Made by a program: the position numbers and the translations under genes. This document shows positions 19,969 through 28,736 of a stretch of 64,000 nucleotides of DNA, piece after piece. Below the pieces are notes generated by a model that saw only the letters and a program-made list of their open reading frames with translations, made no database searches and was not told the origin of the DNA. Origin of the DNA: a virus; the IMG/VR virus record IMGVR_UViG_3300030060_006317, positions 6,196-70,195 of that record, one strand, 5' to 3'. Position 1 is the first letter of the stretch. The number at the start of each line of letters is the position of its first letter.

Positions 19969-20547
19969 ATGTCAAAACCAAGAAAAACAGAGGGTAAAGT
20001 AACCCTAAGAGAACACTTAGATACAATCGATCAAAACGGAAAAGTTAGCGAAAAAGCAATCTTTTCACTGATCACTAGACTAAAAAAGACATTCAGACAA
20101 ATGGGTTATACTCGTTTGGCTAAAAATCAATTTTTAATTAGAGACTATATTGACATGATTTTTGAAACACAAGATTATAGATGCACACACTGGTTAGAAG
20201 TTAAGGAAAATGAACTGAATGGAGTATGGAATAGACCGGGGTCTGGATATTCTCTTTGGAAAAGAGAAGATGTCGTCTATGAACTTGATCATGTACACCC
20301 AGTAAATTCAGATGGGACCGATGGTTTTGAAAACTTTCAGTTTCTATCAGCAAATGCAAATCAATTTGTAAAATGCTCTTTAACCTATGATGACTTGCTT
20401 AAGAGGGTAGATTTATCTGATAGACTTAAGGATAGGATTAGAGATGTTTTACGGCGAAGAGCCGAACTGTTTGCTTCTGAAAAATGGAATAACTGGATAG
20501 ATAAAGTAAACAATCTTGAAACAGAATTACAAAAAGCAGCAAAATAA
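19969..20547 (+). CDS. HNH-family endonuclease
   Basis: YELDHVHPVNSDGTDGFENFQFLSANANQFVK. Confidence 0.7.
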   Translation: MSKPRKTEGKVTLREHLDTIDQNGKVSEKAIFSLITRLKKTFRQMGYTRLAKNQFLIRDYIDMIFETQDYRCTHWLEVKENELNGVWNRPGSGYSLWKREDVVYELDHVHPVNSDGTDGFENFQFLSANANQFVKCSLTYDDLLKRVDLSDRLKDRIRDVLRRRAELFASEKWNNWIDKVNNLETELQKAAK

Positions 20548-20560
20548 TATAAAAAAATAC

Positions 20561-20589
20561 TTGACAAACCATTTATTATGTGTTATAAT
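20561..20589 (+). promoter_or_regulatory. Sigma70-type promoter
   Basis: TTGACA-17-TATAAT with extended TG. Confidence 0.85.
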
Positions 20590-20683
20590 AGTATTATAAA
20601 CGATTTAAAAATGGGGGTATGGTTGAAACCCTGCCTACCTTAGTGATAAAACACAAAAACATAAAAAACTTAGGAGAAAAATT

Positions 20684-21457
20684 ATGGCTATTAATATTGA
20701 AGCAATGCGAGCAAAACTTGAAGCATCTAAAAATGGTGGAAAACCATCCGGACGAAAGAGTACTATGTGGCGGCCCTCCGCTGGAGATCAACACATTAGG
20801 ATTCTTCCAACCGCTGATGGCGATCCATTCCGTGAATTCCACTTTCACTACAATGTAGGAAAGAATCCTGGAATATACTGTAATAAGCGAAACGACAATG
20901 GCGAATGTGCTATTTGTGATTTTGCGTCTAAATTATGGCGTGACGGTGTTGAATCTGACGATCAAAATCTAAAGAATGAAGCAAAAAAGTTGTTTGCCCG
21001 TAAACGTTACTACTCACCTGTTCTTGTTCGAGGCAATGAATCAGAAGGTGTAAAAATTTGGTCTTATGGCGTCACAGCCTATCAGACATTGTTAGGTTAT
21101 GTGTTGGACGAGGATTACGGTGATATTACTGATCCGGAAACTGGAACCGACATTAAACTAACTTACACAATCCCCGGAACTCCCGGATCATTCCCGAAGA
21201 CAAATCTACAGCCTAGAAGACGTCCATCTATTTTGTGTGACGATAATATTGCAGATTGTCAAGAACTATTAGATTCTGTGCCGGTAATTGACAGCGTATT
21301 CGATGTCAAGACCACAGAAGAGATCCAAGCTCTGCTGGATGGTTATCTGTCCTCCGACTCTTCGGCAGAGTCCTCTTCTAAAGAGACTAAGAAGTACAAT
21401 AAAGACACTGGTAGTAACGTTGACGAGGCTTTCGCAGCTTTTATGCAAGAAGATTAA
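20684..21457 (+). CDS. Single-stranded DNA-binding protein (T4 gp32-like)
   Basis: IRILP, HYN..C...CAIC zinc site, GVKIWSYG, DYGDITDPETGTD, acidic C-terminus. Confidence 0.85.
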   Translation: MAINIEAMRAKLEASKNGGKPSGRKSTMWRPSAGDQHIRILPTADGDPFREFHFHYNVGKNPGIYCNKRNDNGECAICDFASKLWRDGVESDDQNLKNEAKKLFARKRYYSPVLVRGNESEGVKIWSYGVTAYQTLLGYVLDEDYGDITDPETGTDIKLTYTIPGTPGSFPKTNLQPRRRPSILCDDNIADCQELLDSVPVIDSVFDVKTTEEIQALLDGYLSSDSSAESSSKETKKYNKDTGSNVDEAFAAFMQED

Positions 21458-21489
21458 GTCGTAGATCCTCCTGTGTTGTAAAGGGAATT

Positions 21490-21526
21490 GCCACCCGCCC
21501 TTGGTTATAAAAGGGGTGGCTTTTTT
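21490..21526 (+). terminator. Rho-independent terminator
   Basis: GCCACCC...GGGTGGC followed by T6. Confidence 0.75.
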
Positions 21527-21641
21527 ATGCTTACTATCTGAGCCTCCTCGATGGCGTAAGTGGAAACGGGTCATGCCGGCTAAGAAGATTTATTACCTTA
21601 AATCATAGAGATTTGAGAAAAGTTACAAAATGGAGGGGCCT

Positions 21642-23162
21642 ATGCCCACTGAAGAATACGGTTCGTTTGTACCGGAAACAAACTTAAATAATTTATATAG
21701 ACTAGTAATCCCAGCATCGGGACACGACTTATCTGATGCGCTAAAAGACTTGGTTGACAATTCTTTTGACGCCGGAGCCAATAATATAAGGATTTTCTTA
21801 AATGGACAGCCAACCAATTTAGAAAGTTATACAGTTATTGATGATGGTATCGGAATGGATGTGGCCACCTTGAAACGAGCCTTAACTTACTCTGCTGGTT
21901 CAAGCCATGACCCTGGAGACTTGGGAAAGTTCTCAGTCGGTGGAACAGTAGCATGTTGTACCTTGGGTCTTTCTAGAAAAATATATACGAAAAAGAAAGA
22001 CGGTCCGTTACTGATTGCAATGCAGAATTTTGAAAATGTATTGGAAGCATCAGAGATCCGACGACCAACGCCGGAAGAGAGTAAGTGGTTTCGAGTAAAT
22101 GTTGGCACCAATGGCACGGTTGTAGATATTAATGAACTTCGCGAAGACAAAAGGAAATACAAAAGAACCGGTGACCTTAAAAATGCATTACTAAAAGATT
22201 TTGGTCAAACATTTTACCAATTGTTGAGTTCAAAAAGGTCCATTGAAATTAGCACCAATAGTGGTTGTTATGCGGTCAAACCAAGTGATCCACTATATTA
22301 TAAAACAGATCCAAAGTTTGTACACGTTCATAAGGAATATAAAGTTTCTTTTGATGGAGGTGAAATATACATTCGAACTGCATTTCTTAATCTGGACTCA
22401 ATAGATCAAGGAGAGAAAGGTTATGATACACAAGGTGTTTATTTTTCTAGAAATAATCGATTAATCTCCAAAGGCTTAGCAGTTAAAAATTTATGGGTAA
22501 AAAACCCTAGAAAAAATGCTGGAAGAATTGAAATTTCTTTTACGGAAGATTTGGACGCACACTTTGGGTTGACTGCGACAAAAAACAAAGTAAGTTTATC
22601 TCAATCCTTAACTGATACTTTAGCAGCAACTATCAAACCTTTTATATCGGGTTTGGAAGAAAAGTGGAGAAAAAACACTGACACCAACACTGATGAAATT
22701 AAAAAAGAGAATGATGATTTTACTAGCAAACTACTTAGAAACACTGGCATAGTGGATCTGCCCAAAACAGAAAAAGGCTCTCCCAATGCTCAAAAACAAG
22801 AAAGACTCAAAGGAGATAAGAAAGGTTCTGTAAAAGCAAAAGGATCAGGAATAACCCGTAAAGCCCGAGGAGTTAAGTACCCAGAATTTATTTTTGAAGA
22901 AAACCGTAGGTCACCCGAGGTTTTTTGGACTGAATTTCCAAACGACGAAATGAGAATTGTGCTTAATTTGTCTCATCCTTTTGTCCGCGAACACTGGACC
23001 GAAGGAACTGAAACATCAAGAATGTTGATGAGAAAATGGACAACAGCTACTTGCTTAGCTGCTTTCAGAAAGAAGGAAACGTACCATGAAGGGGCTGCTG
23101 AGTCTTTTATGATGGATATGTTTCACGAACTTTCTAGACTTCAAATGGTTTTTGGAAATTAA
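21642..23162 (+). CDS. GHKL ATPase, MORC/HATPase_c_3-like
   Basis: DLVDNSFDAGA, DDGIGMD, GKFSVG, GTVV; later GVYFSRNNRLI and IVLNLSHPF; GGAGG RBS favours ATG 21642. Confidence 0.8.
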   Translation: MPTEEYGSFVPETNLNNLYRLVIPASGHDLSDALKDLVDNSFDAGANNIRIFLNGQPTNLESYTVIDDGIGMDVATLKRALTYSAGSSHDPGDLGKFSVGGTVACCTLGLSRKIYTKKKDGPLLIAMQNFENVLEASEIRRPTPEESKWFRVNVGTNGTVVDINELREDKRKYKRTGDLKNALLKDFGQTFYQLLSSKRSIEISTNSGCYAVKPSDPLYYKTDPKFVHVHKEYKVSFDGGEIYIRTAFLNLDSIDQGEKGYDTQGVYFSRNNRLISKGLAVKNLWVKNPRKNAGRIEISFTEDLDAHFGLTATKNKVSLSQSLTDTLAATIKPFISGLEEKWRKNTDTNTDEIKKENDDFTSKLLRNTGIVDLPKTEKGSPNAQKQERLKGDKKGSVKAKGSGITRKARGVKYPEFIFEENRRSPEVFWTEFPNDEMRIVLNLSHPFVREHWTEGTETSRMLMRKWTTATCLAAFRKKETYHEGAAESFMMDMFHELSRLQMVFGN

Positions 23163-23179
23163 TTAACAATGGAGGTAAC

Positions 23180-23320
23180 ATGATGTTACTATTAACAATG
23201 CTCTTCGCTTGCGGAGACAAAGAAGAAGATTCAGCAGTAGCTGAAGAGGTTGTCGAAGAGACAGCCGAAGAAACCACCGAAGAGGAAGCTGAAGATACAG
23301 CGACTTCCGAGGAGGAGTAA
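23180..23320 (+). CDS. Small acidic lipoprotein-like peptide
   Basis: GGAGG RBS; MMLLLTMLFAC-GDKEEDSA...; lipobox LFAC. Confidence 0.6.
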   Translation: MMLLLTMLFACGDKEEDSAVAEEVVEETAEETTEEEAEDTATSEEE

Positions 23321-24427
23321 ATGACCAAAGCAGGAAAGATTGACATTTCAAGAATGAAAAAGTTCATCAACAAAAAAGCTGGACTTGACATTGCTCATAA
23401 CTTGAGTGAAGACAATCCTACTGAGGTTACAGAGTGGATTCCAACTGGCTCACGCTGGTTGGATTCTATTACCTGTCGAGGTAAGATGGCTGGAATTCCC
23501 GTTGGGAAAGCTACCGAGATTGCTGGTTTATCATCAGCAGGCAAATCTTACATGGCTTGCCAGATTGCTGCACAAGCACAAAAGAAAGGTCACTGTGTTG
23601 TTTATTTTGACGCAGAGTCCGCCATTGACCCAGCATTCTTATTGAGTTCTGGTGTTGATGTTGAAGACCTCTTCATGTATGTTCAGGGAGTTTCCGTTGA
23701 GAAAGTTCTTGAGACCATTGAAGACTTAATGACGGAGTATCCGGAGACACAATTTTTGTTTATTTGGGACTCAATCGCTGCCACCTCTTCTGAGAAGGAG
23801 TTGGAAAGCGACTTTAATCCCCAGTCAACAATGGCTGTGAAACCAAGGATCTTTGCGAAAGCATTTCCTAAATTGATTATTCCGTTAGCAAATCAACAAT
23901 GCACAATGTTGTTGATCAATCAACTTAAAACTAACATTACTTCTAATGTTGCCGAGGCAATGACCACACCCTATATCGCTCCCGGCGGTAAGGCGATTGG
24001 TTATTTCTGCTCGCTACGTATTTGGTTAACAAAACGAAAAGCGAAAGCAGCATTTGTAACAGATCCGACTGGTCTTCGAATTGGTTCTGAAGTGAAAGTG
24101 AAGGTTGAAAAATCCCGATTTGGATCCGAAGGGCGCACTTGTGCTTTTAAGATCTTGTGGGGTGATAATGTTGGAATCCAAGATCAAGAATCGTGGCTTG
24201 AGGCTCTTAGGGCATCAGGTTCGGATCGATTTAAAGCAGGTGCTTGGAACAAGATTTATTCATCAGACGGTAAGGAATATAAATTCCAACGATCTCAGTG
24301 GCTTGATAAGTTACAAGATGATGAGTTTCGTTCTGTAGTGTTTGATATCATGGATGAGGAGATTATCAGAAAATTCGATTCTGAAGGAAAAAACTTTGGT
24401 CTCGAAGGAGAATCCGAAGAAGCATAA
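23321..24427 (+). CDS. recA: RecA/UvsX-family recombinase
   Basis: IPTGS, GLSSAGKS Walker A, YFDAESA, WDSIAA, INQLK, PGGKAI, KVEKSR. Confidence 0.9.
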   Translation: MTKAGKIDISRMKKFINKKAGLDIAHNLSEDNPTEVTEWIPTGSRWLDSITCRGKMAGIPVGKATEIAGLSSAGKSYMACQIAAQAQKKGHCVVYFDAESAIDPAFLLSSGVDVEDLFMYVQGVSVEKVLETIEDLMTEYPETQFLFIWDSIAATSSEKELESDFNPQSTMAVKPRIFAKAFPKLIIPLANQQCTMLLINQLKTNITSNVAEAMTTPYIAPGGKAIGYFCSLRIWLTKRKAKAAFVTDPTGLRIGSEVKVKVEKSRFGSEGRTCAFKILWGDNVGIQDQESWLEALRASGSDRFKAGAWNKIYSSDGKEYKFQRSQWLDKLQDDEFRSVVFDIMDEEIIRKFDSEGKNFGLEGESEEA

Positions 24428-24443
24428 GCTGAAGGAATTCACT

Positions 24444-24475
24444 AAGCCCCGTTGGTTCGCCTTCGGGGTTTTTTT
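24444..24475 (+). terminator. Rho-independent terminator
   Basis: AAGCCCCG...CGGGGTTT with T-run. Confidence 0.75.
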
Positions 24476-24486
24476 ATCTTTTCTAC

Positions 24487-24515
24487 TTGACAAAGGGGTT
24501 TAAAAATGTTATAAT
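24487..24515 (+). promoter_or_regulatory. Sigma70-type promoter
   Basis: TTGACA-17-TATAAT. Confidence 0.85.
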
Positions 24516-24540
24516 ATAAATATGCAATCTCGGAGGACAA

Positions 24541-25566
24541 ATGAGAATTGATAATGAAATAAAATTGGATTATAAGGACGTCTTGATAAGACCAAAAAGA
24601 AGCGAATTGCGCAGTCGAAAAGATGTCAGTTTAAGAAGAACTTATAATTTCAGAAACAGTAAAACTATATGGACAGGCGTTCCTATTATGGCTGCCAATA
24701 TGGACGGCGTAGGCACTTTTCAGATGTCTAAAGCCCTGTCTGAATTTGAAATTATTACATGTATCACAAAGCATCATACCCCAATAGACTGGTGTGACAA
24801 TAAAGTAGATCCAGACTATGTCACAATAAGCATAGGCACAAATGAAAAAGATTATTCAATGGCTAAACTATCGATTGGAACTAATAATATAAATTGGATC
24901 TGCATTGATGTAGCTAATGGATACTCGGAACACTTTGTGAAGTTTGTGAGAAAAGTACGATCTGATTTCCCAGACAAGATAATTATTGCTGGAAATGTAG
25001 TCACGGCTGATATGACTCAAGAGTTAATTTTGGCAGGAGCCGATATTGTAAAAGTTGGAATCGGGCCCGGATCTGTTTGTACGACTAGAATACAAACTGG
25101 AGTTGGATATCCTCAATTATCTGCTGTGATAGAATGCGCTGATGCTGCACATGGTCTTGGAGGTCACATTATTGCCGATGGTGGATGTACTTGTCCCGGA
25201 GATGTTGCTAAAGCATTTGGAGCAGGAGCAGATTTTGTTATGTTAGGTGGAATGTTTGCTGGTCATTATGAAGGCGGCGGAAACGTCATAAATGTTAATG
25301 GTGAGCAAAAAATACAATTTTATGGAATGAGTTCGGACACTGCAATGGAGACTCACAGTGGCGGAGTTGCAGACTATAGATCCTCAGAGGGTAGAACTGT
25401 CGAGATTCCACTTAAAGGTCTTGTAGAAGACACAGTCAAGGATTTACTTGGAGGACTTAGGTCAACCTGTACTTATGTCGGCGCCCCAAGTCTCAAACAA
25501 TTAAGTAAATGCACAACTTTTATAAGATGCACACAACAGTTTAACTCTGTTTTTGTCAGCAATTAG
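24541..25566 (+). CDS. guaC: GMP reductase
   Basis: [57 protein letters not shown]. Confidence 0.95.
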   Translation: MRIDNEIKLDYKDVLIRPKRSELRSRKDVSLRRTYNFRNSKTIWTGVPIMAANMDGVGTFQMSKALSEFEIITCITKHHTPIDWCDNKVDPDYVTISIGTNEKDYSMAKLSIGTNNINWICIDVANGYSEHFVKFVRKVRSDFPDKIIIAGNVVTADMTQELILAGADIVKVGIGPGSVCTTRIQTGVGYPQLSAVIECADAAHGLGGHIIADGGCTCPGDVAKAFGAGADFVMLGGMFAGHYEGGGNVINVNGEQKIQFYGMSSDTAMETHSGGVADYRSSEGRTVEIPLKGLVEDTVKDLLGGLRSTCTYVGAPSLKQLSKCTTFIRCTQQFNSVFVSN

Positions 25567-25574
25567 GAGAAAAG

Positions 25575-26357
25575 ATGAAAAAAATAGTATTATTTGATAT
25601 GGATGGAACATTAACTCCAGCAAGACAACCAATGGAAAGACCTGTAACTGATAAGTTAATGCAACTACAAGAAGCAGGTTTTGAAATAGGTATAGTCACA
25701 GGTTCTGACTTGGGATATGTGAAAGAACAATGCAAGGATCTTTTTGAACATATTGGTCTCGATAGGTCTGGAATTCATTTTTTACCTTGCAATGGAACAA
25801 AATATTATAGATTACCCAACAACGAATTTGTCAAGGTTTATGAAGAAAATATGAGACGACATCTTGGTGAATCAAACTGGAAACGATTAATAAGAATTGT
25901 AACATCGCTACAACTCTCGCTTATCAATGGAAATAGAACCATTCCATTGACTGGCAACTTTATAAACTACAGAGGTTCAACTTTAAATTGGTGCCCAATA
26001 GGTCGCCAAGCTGATATGGATGATAGAGAGAAGTGGTGCCTTTGGGATAAACATGATTGGATTAGGTATAAATGGTTTAAGACTGCTCGAGAAGAATTTG
26101 ATGCCTCAGATTTAAAAGATGTGGTCATAAAGATGGGTGGAGACACCTCTTTCGATATTTACCCAAAAGGTTGGGATAAAACGTTTGCTTTTAGAAACTT
26201 TGAAGACTATGATAAAGTATACTTTGTTGGAGATCGATGTGGTTCTAAAGGCAACGACAAGGAAGCATATGATCTAGCAGGAGATTTGGGCTTTGTAACA
26301 TCAGGTCCAAAAGAAACAATAGGAATAATTGACCACATAATCAAGGAGGATAAATGA
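25575..26357 (+). CDS. HAD-IIB hydrolase, eukaryote-type phosphomannomutase-like
   Basis: LFDMDGTLTPARQ, VTGSDL, NWCPIGR, SFDIYPKGWDKT, FVGDR...GND. Confidence 0.85.
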   Translation: MKKIVLFDMDGTLTPARQPMERPVTDKLMQLQEAGFEIGIVTGSDLGYVKEQCKDLFEHIGLDRSGIHFLPCNGTKYYRLPNNEFVKVYEENMRRHLGESNWKRLIRIVTSLQLSLINGNRTIPLTGNFINYRGSTLNWCPIGRQADMDDREKWCLWDKHDWIRYKWFKTAREEFDASDLKDVVIKMGGDTSFDIYPKGWDKTFAFRNFEDYDKVYFVGDRCGSKGNDKEAYDLAGDLGFVTSGPKETIGIIDHIIKEDK

Positions 26358-27304
26358 AAAACGTAATAATAATTGATGCTCTAAACATGTTTCTTCGAAG
26401 CTACGTTATCAGCCCGCATCTTGATAAGGGAGGAATGCCCATAGGAGGCACTATAGGCTTTTTAAAGAGTCTTCAGAAGGTCTCTAGGGATTTTAACGCT
26501 GATGAGATCATAATCGCTTGGGATGGCCATGAAGGCTCTCAGAGAAAGCGTTCTATGAACAAGGACTACAAGGCTGGACGAAAACCCGTGAGATTTAATC
26601 GGAGAATGATTACCTTGCCCGAGGATCAAGAAAAGGCGAACAAGGGCTACCAACAAGTTCGTTTGATGGAATATCTCAATCAAATGCCTGTCATTCAATT
26701 GATCGCTGATTTTACAGAAGCAGATGATATTATTGCGCACGTCATAAAACATCCAAAATACAATGGCTGGAAAAAGACTATAATATCTTCTGATAAGGAC
26801 TTTTTTCAACTTTGCGATGATGAGGTTCAAATATACCGACCAATTCAGAAAAAAATTGTAACTAAAAGTACCCTTTTGGAGGATTTTAAGATCCATCCAA
26901 ACAATTTTGCCCTTGCAAGAGCAATCGCAGGGGATGCATCGGACAATTTGCCGGGTGTTAAGGGTGCTGGTCTTAAGACGATTGCTAAAAGATTTTCATT
27001 CCTTGGACGCGACTATGAATATGAAGTATCTGATGTGATCAGAGAGTGTGTGATGCAGACAAAAAAACTAAAAATTCATCAAAATGTTGAAAAATCTGAA
27101 AATTTAATAAAAGAAAATTATAAAATAATGCAACTTTATCATCCAAATATTCGACCAATTAATCGAGAATTAATTAACAATTCAATCAGAGATTTCGAGT
27201 TCTATTTTGATAAAATAAAGTTTGTACAAATGCTTTTTGAAGATGATGCAGGTCATTTAAATTTTTCTGACCTATTACAAATATTTCGAAAAATAAATAA
27301 ATAA
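26354..27304 (+). CDS. 5'-3' exonuclease (Pol I N-terminal / T4 RNase H-like flap nuclease)
   Basis: IIDALN, WDG, YKAGR, EADDII, SSDKDFFQL, GDASDNLPGVKGAGLKT. Confidence 0.9.
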   Translation: MKNVIIIDALNMFLRSYVISPHLDKGGMPIGGTIGFLKSLQKVSRDFNADEIIIAWDGHEGSQRKRSMNKDYKAGRKPVRFNRRMITLPEDQEKANKGYQQVRLMEYLNQMPVIQLIADFTEADDIIAHVIKHPKYNGWKKTIISSDKDFFQLCDDEVQIYRPIQKKIVTKSTLLEDFKIHPNNFALARAIAGDASDNLPGVKGAGLKTIAKRFSFLGRDYEYEVSDVIRECVMQTKKLKIHQNVEKSENLIKENYKIMQLYHPNIRPINRELINNSIRDFEFYFDKIKFVQMLFEDDAGHLNFSDLLQIFRKINK

Positions 27305-27309
27305 TTTAG

Positions 27310-27338
27310 TTGACAACTTGATCAATATAGGTTATATT
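27310..27338 (+). promoter_or_regulatory. Sigma70-type promoter
   Basis: TTGACA-17-TATATT. Confidence 0.7.
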
Positions 27339-27367
27339 TAAACATACACAAAAAATTAGGAGGACAC

Positions 27368-28726
27368 ATGAATGAATTATCAAGCAATGAAACCTTTACG
27401 AGGTTCGGTAAAAACTTTCAGGAAAAACTATGTCAATTAATGCTGGAAGACAGACCATTTTTTGACCAGATTATCGAGGTTTTAGACGTTAACTTCTTTG
27501 AGAAAAAATATTTACAGATTTTTGCACAAACATTAATAAATTATCGTGATCGATATAACACTCACCCCAATTCTGAAGTAATGATATCTCTACTGAGAAC
27601 AGAGTTGAATCACCACGACAAGGCAACTGCACAAGCAGTGAGAGAGTATTATGCTAGAATACACACCTCAGATGGTGTCGAAGAAGCGGAATATATCAAA
27701 GATAAATCTATTGATTTTTGCCGTAAGCAAGTTCTTAAAGGTGCTATGATGAAATCAGCAAAACTACTTAAGTCTTCGTCCTTTGAAGAAATAGAAAAGT
27801 TAATTAAAGATGCTCTTGTGCTTGGAACTGATAATAATTTTGGACATGATTTTAGAAAAGATTTACTGAAAAGATTTGAGTTCGTTTCTCGAGATCCAAC
27901 ATCAACTGGTTGGGCTCGAATGGATGAGATTGTAAAAGGTGGTTTGGGCAAGTCTGAGTTGGGTGTCGTTGTTGCTCCAACAGGAGCAGGAAAATCAATG
28001 GTACTTGTTCATTTGGCATCACAGGCTATCCTAGCTGGAAAGACAGTTGTATACTATACTTTGGAACTTAAGGACACTGTTGTTGGTCAAAGATTTGATT
28101 GTTGCATAACCGACGTTCCACTCTCAGACCACAGAGATCGTCAAAAAGAAATTATTGATAAAGTTAAAAATTTAGATGGCACCTTGATAATTAAAGAGTA
28201 TCCAACCAAATCTGCCTCGGTATCAACTCTCAAAAATCACATTGAAAAATTGAGAAAGAGGGGAATAGAACCGGACATGATTTTGGTTGATTATGCTGAC
28301 TTATTACGACCACCTCGGAGCACTGGTGAAAAGCGACACGAATTGGAAGAGACTTATGAAGGCCTACGTGGTCTTGCTCAGAGTTATGAAATCCCCGTGT
28401 GGACAGCCTCACAGACTAATCGTGGAGGACTCAATGCAGAAGTCATCACAATGGAGTCAATATCGGAGGCATTTAATAAGTGTTTTGTCGCTGACTTCAT
28501 ATTTTCGTTATCTCGAACAGTACACGATAAACAAGCCAATAAGGGAAGAATTTTTATTGCAAAAAATAGAAATGGACCCGATGGACTTGTTTTCGACGCC
28601 CATGTTGACTGGTCAATTGTAAAGATTGATATTTTAGACAGGGCTGAAGCCGCCGAGAAAATGCAAACAACAACAGATCAAATGCATATTTTAAAAGAAA
28701 AATACGCACAAATTAAATCAAAATAG
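27368..28726 (+). CDS. Replicative DNA helicase (DnaB/gp41-like)
   Basis: APTGAGKS, YTLEL, IIKEYP, VDYADLL, TASQTNR, KNRNG. Confidence 0.92.
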   Translation: MNELSSNETFTRFGKNFQEKLCQLMLEDRPFFDQIIEVLDVNFFEKKYLQIFAQTLINYRDRYNTHPNSEVMISLLRTELNHHDKATAQAVREYYARIHTSDGVEEAEYIKDKSIDFCRKQVLKGAMMKSAKLLKSSSFEEIEKLIKDALVLGTDNNFGHDFRKDLLKRFEFVSRDPTSTGWARMDEIVKGGLGKSELGVVVAPTGAGKSMVLVHLASQAILAGKTVVYYTLELKDTVVGQRFDCCITDVPLSDHRDRQKEIIDKVKNLDGTLIIKEYPTKSASVSTLKNHIEKLRKRGIEPDMILVDYADLLRPPRSTGEKRHELEETYEGLRGLAQSYEIPVWTASQTNRGGLNAEVITMESISEAFNKCFVADFIFSLSRTVHDKQANKGRIFIAKNRNGPDGLVFDAHVDWSIVKIDILDRAEAAEKMQTTTDQMHILKEKYAQIKSK

Positions 28727-28736
28727 GAGCACAGGA

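Noticed and set aside
19969-20547. Intron- or intein-associated homing element
   Set aside because: The HNH gene is freestanding; dnaE, nrdJ, helicase and recA are uninterrupted with no intein motifs seen.
21527-21629. Possible tRNA, ribozyme or riboswitch after the SSB terminator
   Set aside because: No cloverleaf, no hammerhead core CUGANGA, and no riboswitch consensus recognised; a covariance-model search would be needed.
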